Assembly (NCBI GenBank): GCA_963748135.1 | Contig: CAVVHY010000012.1 | Coordinates: 24,390-88,389 of the forward strand | Source of the DNA: an uncultured Gammaproteobacteria bacterium | GTDB lineage: Bacteria > Pseudomonadota > Gammaproteobacteria > JBGSLN01 | Length of the DNA: 64,000 nucleotides | Direction: 5' to 3' | Shown: one piece after another, positions 48,386-57,659 of the stretch | Layout of the letters: every line of letters starts with the position of its first letter | How positions within the stretch are numbered: the first letter of the stretch is position 1 | The notes under the pieces: generated by a model | What the model saw: the letters and a program-made list of their open reading frames with translations, nothing else | Database searches by the model: none | What the model was told of the DNA's origin: nothing | Position numbers and translations under genes: made by a program

Positions 48386-48632
48386 AACGGTGACGAACAG
48401 CGGTATCGAATCTTGAATTGTCGCATTCTGCAAACAAACAGCATGGTCGGCTCTTGAATTACAGCATATTGCAAAGAATTAACTCAAAATAAAAGAATTA
48501 CACTTTTGTATTTTAGGTAACATTTGCGTCGCATCTTGCGTAATGAGTTGAGCAATATAAAATGCAGTGGAGAAATTATGAAAAAGTTATCCTGCTAGCT
48601 TCGGCCCCATGCCAATTTGCGAAACGCGGCAA

Positions 48633-48745
48633 TAATCTTCCCGCGTTTTAGCAGACACTTTACTTTACATTTTACGCAGCACATTCAACATCAATGGGTG
48701 CCTTGTAGTCAATAGCAGAATGTATCCGCTGACCTTCTATAGAAA
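48633..48745 (-). mobile_element. IS3-family right-end remnant
   Basis: ...QRIHSAIDYKAPIDVECAA* (integrase-core C-terminus) followed by GTGTCTGCTAAACGCGGGAAGATTA. Confidence 0.55.
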
Positions 48746-48756
48746 TAGATACTGCT

Positions 48757-49887
48757 TTATTTAAATAATTGCACATATTTATCAAACACAAAAATCCTAT
48801 TTCTCTTATAACCGGTTACCTCTTCAAGTATTTCTAATTTTATAAAATCATCAATAAATCTCAATGCCGTTGGCAACGTTATAGAGAACTCCTCTACAAT
48901 ATCTTGGCTTTCAATAATAGGGTTACTAAACAAATAATTTAAAAGTTTATGAGCCATTTTTGCTCTTGCACCTAAAACCAATATTTTATTTTCATATTTA
49001 GCTCTTAAAGCAATTATGGATTTAAATGTCTGTATTGAATTTTCGGAGGTCGTTCTAACTCCTTCCAAGAAAAACTTGAGCCATTGCTTCATGTTATTAT
49101 GTGTTCTTACACGCGTTAAATTGTCATAGTACAGTGATTTATGTTTTTCGAAGAAATCTGACAAATAAAGTGTTGGCTTTTCAAGCGCCTTTTTGCTAAC
49201 CAAGTACAATGTTATCAGTAAACGACCTAACCTACCGTTACCATCCAGGAATGGGTGGATTGTTTCAAATTGGTAATGGGCAATAGCTATTCTCAACAAC
49301 CGTGGTACAGGATGGGTTTCATTATTTATAAATTGCTCCAAATCTTTCATTAACTCCGGCACATCGTCATGATAAGGAGGTACAAATACAGCATCATTTA
49401 GGCTCGCACCACCAATCCAGTTTTGACTTTTACGAAAAGTACCTGGCTGTTTATGTTTTCCTCGAACACCATTCATAAGAATTTTATGGGTTTCTTTAAG
49501 CAACCTACCTGATATTGGCAGTTTGTCCAAAGCGTTAATTGCATAATTCATTGCAAGTATATAATTTTGCACTTCTTCCCAGTCATCCCTTTTTTTTGGG
49601 TCAATGTTTTCAAATTTCTGTAATGCTTCTTCGATGTTAGTTTGAGTACCCTCAATACGACTACTGGATGTCGCCTCCTTTTTGACATGCATTTTAATAA
49701 AATAATCTACATCGGGTATGAGCTGTGAAAATGCATTAAGCTCCCCAAGCTTGTTGGTAGCCTCCTCTAAAAGCAACACCAAGCCAGTATCATCGAACTG
49801 CCACTCATGGTCTATCTCGGATGGCATAAAGCTCTTGTATCTATATTGCTGTTTATAATCACCTGACTTATACTTGCTCAGCTCCAT
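48757..49887 (-). CDS. Fic-family protein (class II, N-terminal inhibitory motif, C-terminal wHTH)
   Basis: HPFLDGNGRLGR catalytic motif. SSRIEG fits (S/T)xxxE(G/N). Confidence 0.95.
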   Translation of the reverse strand: MELSKYKSGDYKQQYRYKSFMPSEIDHEWQFDDTGLVLLLEEATNKLGELNAFSQLIPDVDYFIKMHVKKEATSSSRIEGTQTNIEEALQKFENIDPKKRDDWEEVQNYILAMNYAINALDKLPISGRLLKETHKILMNGVRGKHKQPGTFRKSQNWIGGASLNDAVFVPPYHDDVPELMKDLEQFINNETHPVPRLLRIAIAHYQFETIHPFLDGNGRLGRLLITLYLVSKKALEKPTLYLSDFFEKHKSLYYDNLTRVRTHNNMKQWLKFFLEGVRTTSENSIQTFKSIIALRAKYENKILVLGARAKMAHKLLNYLFSNPIIESQDIVEEFSITLPTALRFIDDFIKLEILEEVTGYKRNRIFVFDKYVQLFK

Positions 49888-49956
49888 TCTATATACCCTA
49901 ACCCATTGTTAAGAAAGAATTAATCCCAAGGATTCTCCAATTATAAGTATAAAAAC

Positions 49957-50032
49957 TTATAATTAAATAAATTTGAGTTTTTTTAATTATAAAACATTAT
50001 AATTAAATTTTCATCAAAAATTTTAATTATGA
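49957..50032. promoter_or_regulatory. Two tandem 11-14-11 inverted-repeat operators upstream of fic
   Basis: TTATAATTAAA-N14-TTTAATTATAA and TTATAATTAAA-N14-TTTAATTATGA, with a 40-bp period. Confidence 0.55.
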
Positions 50033-50169
50033 ATATTCTTACTTAAAGGCATATATACCCTCATCTCAAAATCATGTGTAATTCTGGTGTAATCATGCCA
50101 AGAAAATGGGGAAAGCCCCAGGATCAGCCTTTCAAAGGCCGATATAACTTATTGATTATTATTAGAATC

Positions 50170-50216
50170 TGGTGCCGGTGCGCCGAATCGAACGGCGGAC
50201 CTACTGATTACGAATT
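50170..50216 (-). repeat. att-like 3' half of tRNA-Thr(CGT), copy D
   Basis: AATTCGTAATCAGTAGGTCCGCCGTTCGATTCGGCGCACCGGCACCA: anticodon loop, T arm, acceptor 3' strand and CCA. Confidence 0.9.
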
Positions 50217-50573
50217 AGGCAGGCTTTGCCCGCTAACTCTATGTTTTTTAATGATTTCTCTGGATTTGGAAATTGGCCAAAGTTGCAGGTTCGGACTTAA
50301 TAAAATCAATTAGTTACATAAGTCATTTCGCCAAGTACATTTTAAGACCATTGGATGCATTTCGGTCACATTAGAAATTTTAACTTAATCGATCACAATC
50401 TATTTCCAAAGAAATTTACCACTTTGACCCTATGAACCATCGCATGCAATAGCTCAAAGTTAACCTAATGCACCCAAGTGTTGTCTTATATTAACCTGAA
50501 TATTGACCATATATCACAAGGTAAATATTTGTCTAACATGTATACTAATAAGCTCTAGTCATAAATAACTATT

Positions 50574-51824
50574 ATGGAGTTAAACATGCAAAAGATGAGC
50601 GGTACTGCCAGTGATTCCCAACCAAAATTATCAGCTTGCTGTGATGATGATATGAAAAGATATTCTAAGCAACAAGACCGATGGCAGCAATTCTCAAAAG
50701 AAACCATTGAGCAATTTAAAACTAAGCTCCCAGAGTTTAAATCATTTGCTGAAGCCTTTGTTTTCCTAGGCAAGAGAAGGCAGCAGATTGCTAAAGAGCT
50801 ACACCATGGAACGAAACACGCTGAAAGGCATAAACATCCATCTAATGATGAACATTTCGGCTCATTTTGCTCTGAAAAGCTACGTAATTTTGAAACTATA
50901 ATGCATGGAAAAAAAACAAGATACAGCAAACAGCGTCCACATATTATTAATGCCTTAATAGCGCTTACTAAGCTTTCCTCTGAAGAGAGAGGGAATCATT
51001 TTAAAATGGAGTCTGATGAACAAAAAAATGATGGAATAACATTCCATGGCTATAATTTTACATTTGCAATTCCCAAACTTCCAAAACGAGATGAAGCATA
51101 TGATGAATGTATAATTAAATCAATTTTAACGGTAATTGATAAAGAACATCGTACTAATCTGCTTCTTAGGAATAACAATATAATGAGTGAATGCATCCAA
51201 TCTCCTAACAGTATTGAATCTTCAAGAAATTTATCTTCAATAACACTATTTAAACCTAAGAATAAGGATGATGATCACTATAGTGTTGTTTTAAGTTATC
51301 CTGGTTATAATAAATATGACTTAATAGGCGACTATCTCATAGCGCAGCTATTATTTGATGAATTAATAAATTGGCAAGCAAATAAAGGCATAGAAAGTTT
51401 TCTAAAGACAAGTGGCAAGCTATCACATTTTCTTGCTCACCGTTTATTTGTGCGCAGAGGCACTGCAGCAATGACAGAGTGGTTGATTCGTGGTATTGCT
51501 GAATATAAAGGAATTGAATTAGGTGAATTCAAAGCGAATGACCTGGGTTGGTGTTGGAAAGCACTTGTATCACCTAATCCAGATGAATATGCCTCTTGGT
51601 ATCAGAAAAACGTTTTTTCATTAACATCTTCACAAGATCAAAAAAATGAATCAGTTAAAATAGATTTATCGAAATCCAACGAACCTCAAGATTACCATAG
51701 TACAGGGAATCGTTATCTGATATCACAACCTACGCCAAAGACAGATTCTGATAATTCAACTGAGATAAATGAACTAGAGAAGAACTTATCAGATATGAAT
51801 ATTCGCCCTTCTATGTCTGGATGA
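50574..51824 (+). CDS. Effector-like protein with an AvrB/AvrC-type Fido motif
   Basis: GKLSHFLAHRLFVRRGTAAMTEWLIRGIAEYKGIELGEF resembles the AvrB-family RGSAAxxE...RxIA...GIEL segment. Confidence 0.6.
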   Translation: MELNMQKMSGTASDSQPKLSACCDDDMKRYSKQQDRWQQFSKETIEQFKTKLPEFKSFAEAFVFLGKRRQQIAKELHHGTKHAERHKHPSNDEHFGSFCSEKLRNFETIMHGKKTRYSKQRPHIINALIALTKLSSEERGNHFKMESDEQKNDGITFHGYNFTFAIPKLPKRDEAYDECIIKSILTVIDKEHRTNLLLRNNNIMSECIQSPNSIESSRNLSSITLFKPKNKDDDHYSVVLSYPGYNKYDLIGDYLIAQLLFDELINWQANKGIESFLKTSGKLSHFLAHRLFVRRGTAAMTEWLIRGIAEYKGIELGEFKANDLGWCWKALVSPNPDEYASWYQKNVFSLTSSQDQKNESVKIDLSKSNEPQDYHSTGNRYLISQPTPKTDSDNSTEINELEKNLSDMNIRPSMSG

Positions 51825-51889
51825 TATAAAAAAGAAGGGGATCAGCAGGTCAAGGCTGAAATACTAAAAATAGAGAAAGATAGCGCTTT

Positions 51890-51928
51890 AAAAAAAACAA
51901 ACCCCACACAATTCCATTGCGTGGGGTG
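51890..51928 (-). terminator. Probable intrinsic terminator
   Basis: ACCCCACGCAAT-GGA-ATTGTGTGGGGT followed by TTGTTTTTTT on the minus strand. Confidence 0.6.
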
Positions 51929-52148
51929 CAAAATGAGGTGGCTTCTTTTCCCTGTTATCTCCCTGTGGCGCTCCATCGCCTTATTTTGGCTTCCCCCCAA
52001 AATACACATCGTGTTGTGTTGGATGTCCTTACCCGTTATTCCATTTGATAGAATCAGTATACCTCATGCATGGTTTAAATATAATCAACAATCTCTGAAA
52101 CACTTGTGAGATATTTGCCATAGTTAAACTACTTGTTATGGATACATA

Positions 52149-52403
52149 TTAAGGTAATTTGCTTTTGCTAGGTAAAGACAACGTAGGGGGAATTTGCTCT
52201 TGGCTGTTCTGTGCCGTAATTGCAGCGACTATCATCTTTTCAAGTTGATGGTTCTCGAGTTTATCAAGACCATGTTTTTCTAAAATAGCGGCTAATTGTT
52301 GACGTCGTTTCGCTTTAAGCTTATCAAGTGCTTGCTGCATTTTGGCGATCTTAGCTTGTAGCTTTTTCTCTTTTTCAAGAGTTGATTGTTTTGTTTTAGG
52401 CAT
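52149..52403 (-). CDS. Small basic coiled-coil protein, possibly a TraC-like relaxosome accessory
   Basis: Coiled coil followed by LAAILEKHGLDKL. Divergent from the relaxase-like gene across a hairpin-rich spacer. Confidence 0.55.
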   Translation of the reverse strand: MPKTKQSTLEKEKKLQAKIAKMQQALDKLKAKRRQQLAAILEKHGLDKLENHQLEKMIVAAITAQNSQEQIPPTLSLPSKSKLP

Positions 52404-52760
52404 GACAAGTTTCCTTTTTATAATTATTGAGATAGTGATTTTAATTTAAAACCAATTGCAGTTTAGGTGATTTGACATGTAAATGGATTACTAAAATTGA
52501 TATTTATGGATATCAATTTTGATAAATGTGGTTGATGCAAGATGAATCATTTCTTCAGGTTTAATTGTCACAATATGTTATGAGTTGTCCCTAAATACCT
52601 TGATTTGAAGCATATATCAAATGCAACTGCTAAACCCCCAAACTACATACTGGGTTCAATACTCCGATTCTTGATGCTAGTATGTAGGCGAGTATTGAGG
52701 TGATTATGTAGTTTGATTTCAAAAATTTGAAATTTATTGCCTAATATTCAATAGATTATG

Positions 52761-53156
52761 TGCCGCACCTTCCGCCTGCCTCACCTTGATTTTTATAGCT
52801 AAAAATCTTCGTGACCTCGCCCGCACAACGTCAAAGAATCGGACGAGGTCACGAACCAGGTAAGGCAGGCGGGGTGCGGCAGTGAAAAATAAGATTTTAA
52901 TAATGTGTGAATAGAATAAATTTCTAATTATAAGATAAGAACTACCCCCAGCCCCTTCAAAGGGTGGCTCAAGGAATAAATGTTTATTTGGAATTGCTTT
53001 TTAACGTAATTTATAAGCAAAAAACAGTTTTTGCATTACGTTAAAAAGGACATAAAGCCTTTGGCTTTCTGTAATGTTGGCAGTTACCCACCAGTTACAC
53101 AAGCTTGCTTCGTGTATTTAAGGCACTTCGCGCATGTGTAAATGTGGATAACTGCC
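52761..53156. other. Hairpin-rich candidate oriT/origin region
   Basis: Nested IRs 52761-52881 (with inner 52788-52807 and 52808-52855), 52998-53047 and 53079-53156. Confidence 0.5.
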
Positions 53157-53190
53157 GTTTATAAATGAAGAACTTCTGATTTAAGAAAAC

Positions 53191-53811
53191 ATGCGCCTAA
53201 CAAAACGTGATTTAAAACTGATGCGCTTTATCAATCGTTTTGGCTTTGTCGAGATTGGCCATATCTGCGCCTATCTCGACACAAGTCCTGTCACTGCTTA
53301 TGCGCGTTTGCGCAAACTCATACATTTTGGTTATCTACAACATGATTTTGTCTTTCATGGTTGTCACGGGGTGTACCGTGTGACACGCAAAGGCACGACT
53401 GCCAGTGGCGATACCTTGCCACCTCTCAAGCGGATCGCCATTAATCAATATCATCACGATTTGAAAGTTGTATCTTTAAGTTTGCAACTAATCAAAATGC
53501 ACGGCGGTGATTTTGTCACAGAGCGTCAATTGCGACGCGACGATGGCATTTTGCCGATTGGCCATAAAGGCCATATCAGCGATGGCGTTTTGCTTAAAGA
53601 TGATAAACGCATCGCTATCGAGGTTGAACTTAATCGCAAAGGTAAACGGCGTCGAGAGAAAATCTTTAATCAACATGTGAAGAATTTTGATTTTGATGAA
53701 ATCTGGTATTTCTGTGGCGATGAGGCCATCTATCGCCAAGTCGAGCCTTACACAGAAAAAGGTGACCTCATTAAATGTCTAAGGCTTTGCGATTATCTCA
53801 ATGACAGTTAA
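53191..53811 (+). CDS. Replication-relaxation family protein (wHTH + PD-(D/E)xK-like)
   Basis: LTKRDLKLMRFINRFG...HHDLKV...SDGVL...IAIEVELNRKGKRR. Confidence 0.8.
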   Translation: MRLTKRDLKLMRFINRFGFVEIGHICAYLDTSPVTAYARLRKLIHFGYLQHDFVFHGCHGVYRVTRKGTTASGDTLPPLKRIAINQYHHDLKVVSLSLQLIKMHGGDFVTERQLRRDDGILPIGHKGHISDGVLLKDDKRIAIEVELNRKGKRRREKIFNQHVKNFDFDEIWYFCGDEAIYRQVEPYTEKGDLIKCLRLCDYLNDS

Positions 53812-53821
53812 AGGGTAGATT

Positions 53822-55537
53822 ATGACAACACAATCTAATTCACAAAGCTTGTTCGATATCATCATCGATGCCATCACCGGTTCACCACGAAATCTTTTAT
53901 TGTTTATTGTCATCATCATAAATCTTTATTACTCAGCGCTCGCATTAGTCATTGCCATGATTGGCCTTGCCATAATAAAGCTTACCAAGCTGCCAGAATG
54001 GTTGCCTTTGGCAATCGGTGGCATACAAATTGCCGCCGTGTGGCTCATCATTCATGTCAGCCCCCACAGTATCTTTTTGCAAAATAAGCTGGTCTTGACG
54101 CAACTCATACACGGCAGCACGGATTACTTGTCTCTCCCCATGCTTTGGCTTTGTGCCATACCTTATGGCATTTTATTTGCCAGCCTTTATGCATTTATCA
54201 CGCGCATACATTCAAACCTGCATCGCGAATTAAAACGCATTGGCAAAGGCCAAATGCGTTCAGCCAAGGCACTTAAATCATCAAGAATACAAAAGCGATT
54301 AAACAAAATCGCATCCGCAGCGATTGATGATGGTACATTGTTAGGCATTAATCGCATCACAGGCAAACAAGCCAACCTCAAAGACAGCGATGCCAATCTA
54401 CATACGCTTGCCATCGGCACCACCGGCTCCGGCAAAACCACGGGGCTTGGCAATATCATTGAAAGCGCGATTATCCGAAGACATCCACTCATCTATGTCG
54501 ATGGCAAAGGCGATCGTAATCTTGCCAAACGCATAGAGACTTTTGCAAAAGAGCATCAAACCCCGTTTTATCTCTTTTCAATGATCGGCGACAGTCTTCA
54601 CTATAATCCCATCGCCGATGGCGGTTACACATCCAAAAAAGATCGCATTATTGAATTGCGCCACTGGTCTGAAGATCATTACCGAAAGATCGCCGAAGGG
54701 TATTTGCAAACTGTGTTTCAAATCTTGCAGAGTACCCATATCCAAATTGATTTATGCCAACTCGCACATTACCTAGAACCAGAGGCACTCTACCTGCTCG
54801 CACGTGAACGAAATGACAAAGACCTGGCTCGTATGGCAGACCTACTTGACGCCAAACGCAAAGATATCGCAAGTCTTATCGCTGAAATCGAAAACATGGC
54901 CAATAGTGAAATCGGCCATCTTTTTGACTGCAGTCAAGGCAATGTATTGACCTTGAGCCAAGCCTTACAAGAAAACGCCGTTGTCTATTTTTGTTTACAG
55001 CCTTTGGCATTCCCAGCTTATGCCGAAACACTCGGTAAACTCATCATCAATGACATCAAGTGCCTTGCCGCAAGCCAACTTACAAAGGACGATGCCGACA
55101 AACGCAAAATCTTTACTATCTTTGATGAGTTTTCAGTGTTTGCCGGCGATCAAATTATTAATCTGATCAATCAAGGACGTGGCGCGGGCATACATGCCGT
55201 GTTATCGACCCAATCACTCTCAGACATCAATCGCAAAGGCGGTGACGCCTTGGTCGGACAAGTACTTAATAACTGTAATAATTACATCATCCAACGGCAA
55301 AATAATCCTGAAGACTCAGAGACCCTGGCTGCCATCATTGGCACTGAAGACAAGTTTGAAGTCACATCACAGATTTCAGCAAAGCAACATACCAGTGGTA
55401 TTGGCACGGTGAGAGGGACTAAGACATACATCATCCATCCTGATAACATCAAACGCCTTGGCCTCGGCCAAGCCATTTTAGTCAATAAACAAAACTTCAA
55501 TGTTCAGCAAATCCAATTACGTAAAGGAATGATTTAG
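53822..55537 (+). CDS. traD: Type IV coupling protein (TraD/TrwB/VirD4-like)
   Basis: N-terminal TM helices. GTTGSGKT, YVDGKGD, FDEFS, QGRGAG, STQS. Confidence 0.9.
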   Translation: MTTQSNSQSLFDIIIDAITGSPRNLLLFIVIIINLYYSALALVIAMIGLAIIKLTKLPEWLPLAIGGIQIAAVWLIIHVSPHSIFLQNKLVLTQLIHGSTDYLSLPMLWLCAIPYGILFASLYAFITRIHSNLHRELKRIGKGQMRSAKALKSSRIQKRLNKIASAAIDDGTLLGINRITGKQANLKDSDANLHTLAIGTTGSGKTTGLGNIIESAIIRRHPLIYVDGKGDRNLAKRIETFAKEHQTPFYLFSMIGDSLHYNPIADGGYTSKKDRIIELRHWSEDHYRKIAEGYLQTVFQILQSTHIQIDLCQLAHYLEPEALYLLARERNDKDLARMADLLDAKRKDIASLIAEIENMANSEIGHLFDCSQGNVLTLSQALQENAVVYFCLQPLAFPAYAETLGKLIINDIKCLAASQLTKDDADKRKIFTIFDEFSVFAGDQIINLINQGRGAGIHAVLSTQSLSDINRKGGDALVGQVLNNCNNYIIQRQNNPEDSETLAAIIGTEDKFEVTSQISAKQHTSGIGTVRGTKTYIIHPDNIKRLGLGQAILVNKQNFNVQQIQLRKGMI

Positions 55538-55540
55538 GAG

Positions 55541-56101
55541 ATGAAGCAAACAAACTTAATCAGACGCCTAAGAGTTAACATAAAAACCGTGTTGCCTTGG
55601 ATGATAATTATTATCATTATTTTACTCATTGATGGTTTTATGAAATGGCTACACTTGAGTATCAATCTCACCTCATCCATGCCAATCGGTATCTATCAAC
55701 GCATAGCAACACATACCATTCATCGTGGTGACATTGTCGCTGTTTGCCTGCCAGAAAAATTGCTATGCTGGGCGTAAAACGTGGTTACCTTAGGAAAGGC
55801 AATTGTCCCAGTGGTGCCATACCGAGTATTAAAAGAGGTAATTGCTATTCCAGGTGATACTGTGATAGTTACTAATAAAGATATGATTGTGAATGATAAA
55901 CACTTTTGGGCACCCATACAGAAACGCGACCGAATGGGACGGGCAATGGTTTCTAAGGTTGTTTTGAATCAACCAAAACGGGCATATGGTTATTGGTTAT
56001 ATGGAATGAATAACCCCATTTATTCATGGGACTCTAGGTATTATGGTTCTATCGATTGGAGCTATTTAATGAATATTTACAATCTATTATATGCATTATG
56101 A
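55541..56101 (+). pseudogene. traF: TraF-like S26 pilin-processing peptidase interrupted by two compensating indels
   Basis: NLTSSMPIGIY (Ser), LKEVIAIPGD (Lys), DSRYYG. The two ORFs are in the same frame, and the -1 frame between them reads IAMLGVKRGYLRKGNCPSG. Confidence 0.82.
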
Positions 56102-56272
56102 AAATACATGCTTCGATGCAAGATTTTTGTAGAAATATAGCTCTAGCCCACAAAGAAAATCAAGTCACTTGATCTTTGTCTAACTAATTGATTATTAGCT
56201 AATTAATTAAATAAAAAATCATCCCATTAGAAAATGATGATTGTGCAGTAAAATGACAAGGCCTGTTTGCTT

Positions 56273-56569
56273 TTACCTCTCCACAGCTATCCTATCAGGC
56301 CTTACACGATACAACAGTATTAGCAACGTTGTTATGGTATTTGTCGTAAATGATAGCCCATAACCTATAATCATCACCCAATCCATTTTAGTAATCCCAT
56401 ATATCAGCGCAAGTAGGTTAATTAGATTAAAACCCAAGAATGTTAACAGTGAAATATCTTCTGAATTCTTCTTTTGGTATAGGCGAATAATCTGCGGGAT
56501 AAAGAGGCATGAATTAACGAACAAAGCAGCGCCAAATAATACCGATATGATTTCATCAAACATGACCAT
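56273..56569 (-). CDS. PQ-loop (SemiSWEET-like) small membrane protein, paralog 2
   Basis: CLFIPQIIRLYQKKNSEDISLLTF, nearly identical in protein to 40965-41252. Confidence 0.88.
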   Translation of the reverse strand: MVMFDEIISVLFGAALFVNSCLFIPQIIRLYQKKNSEDISLLTFLGFNLINLLALIYGITKMDWVMIIGYGLSFTTNTITTLLILLYRVRPDRIAVER

Positions 56570-56587
56570 CTGGGATCCCCTCAGTTA

Positions 56588-57637
56588 TTATTGTGATTCC
56601 AGAAAGCTTTGATAAGAGACAATCTTCGAATTATCAATGCCTGGTATGTCACCCGTTAGATAGGACAAATAAAGCTTTTGTTTATCGAAATCAAACACCT
56701 CTGCATCAAATAAATAATCAGTTAATTTATTTTTTGCGAAATCAAATGTCGCACCATTGGTTAAGCCTGGATAGAATAGCTTTTTGCCTGATTCAATGTC
56801 TTTAACTGCTTGGCTATTGAAGTCTTTTTCAGAAAGATTAGCTTTAAGCATTTTAATTGTATCTTTTACATCGTCTTCAGTGCGGACTATCAACATAGTA
56901 GGTTGACCTTCCTCGGTAAGAAACAGATGGGTACCACTTGTATCGCATAGATACCTTTCGCATGCACCAACGCTGTCATATGCATTACGTATTAAATTAG
57001 CAAACTCACCTGAAAATAGGTAATGTTCTGGATTAACACCTTTAGCTTGCACAAACTCTTGTATTAAATCTTTATATAAACGGCTAAAAAAAGCGTGCTG
57101 ATACTCTTCACGCTTCATATCAATTCGCTCTAATCGATTATTAACACTCTTATGAATAAAGGCATCTAAAATGCCTTCTTGGTTTGCCTTAACACATTCT
57201 AAGAAGGATGCTTGACCAGTAAATAAAATTTTGAATATAGGACTATTGGCTAATTTAGAGCACACCGTAATACCATCCATTTTTGGCATAATCTGATCTG
57301 TGCATAGAATAGATGGCATCTTAAATCGATTATCACTATATATTTTGTTATAAATCTTATCAAAACGGAATGTTGCTGAATTACCACCATTATTATGGTC
57401 AACAATGTCTTCCGTTAATCCGCTATAATCAAATGAATGAATATATTTTAAAGTCTCATCTGGATCGGTGTATAATTTATAACTGAATCGGTCAGTAAAT
57501 TCTAAATCAAGCGTGTTTAGTATCTTCTGTTCATCATCCAGGAATACAGCCGTTGTTGGGTGATAACACATCATGTTACCCAGACCAGTGCTTTGGGTAA
57601 GTGCACGAAATAAGATCCTTTCATGAAGTGCAGGCAT
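56588..57637 (-). CDS. Response regulator receiver protein with a long unrecognised C-terminal domain
   Basis: AVFLDDE, LCTDQIMPKMDG (phospho-Asp), LFTGQ, FIHKS. Confidence 0.85.
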   Translation of the reverse strand: MPALHERILFRALTQSTGLGNMMCYHPTTAVFLDDEQKILNTLDLEFTDRFSYKLYTDPDETLKYIHSFDYSGLTEDIVDHNNGGNSATFRFDKIYNKIYSDNRFKMPSILCTDQIMPKMDGITVCSKLANSPIFKILFTGQASFLECVKANQEGILDAFIHKSVNNRLERIDMKREEYQHAFFSRLYKDLIQEFVQAKGVNPEHYLFSGEFANLIRNAYDSVGACERYLCDTSGTHLFLTEEGQPTMLIVRTEDDVKDTIKMLKANLSEKDFNSQAVKDIESGKKLFYPGLTNGATFDFAKNKLTDYLFDAEVFDFDKQKLYLSYLTGDIPGIDNSKIVSYQSFLESQ

Positions 57638-57659
57638 GGCGTTTCTCCTATCGTCATAA

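Noticed and set aside
29523-50216. Functional tRNA-Thr genes
   Set aside because: All four copies lack the 5' acceptor strand and D arm; they are att-type remnants.
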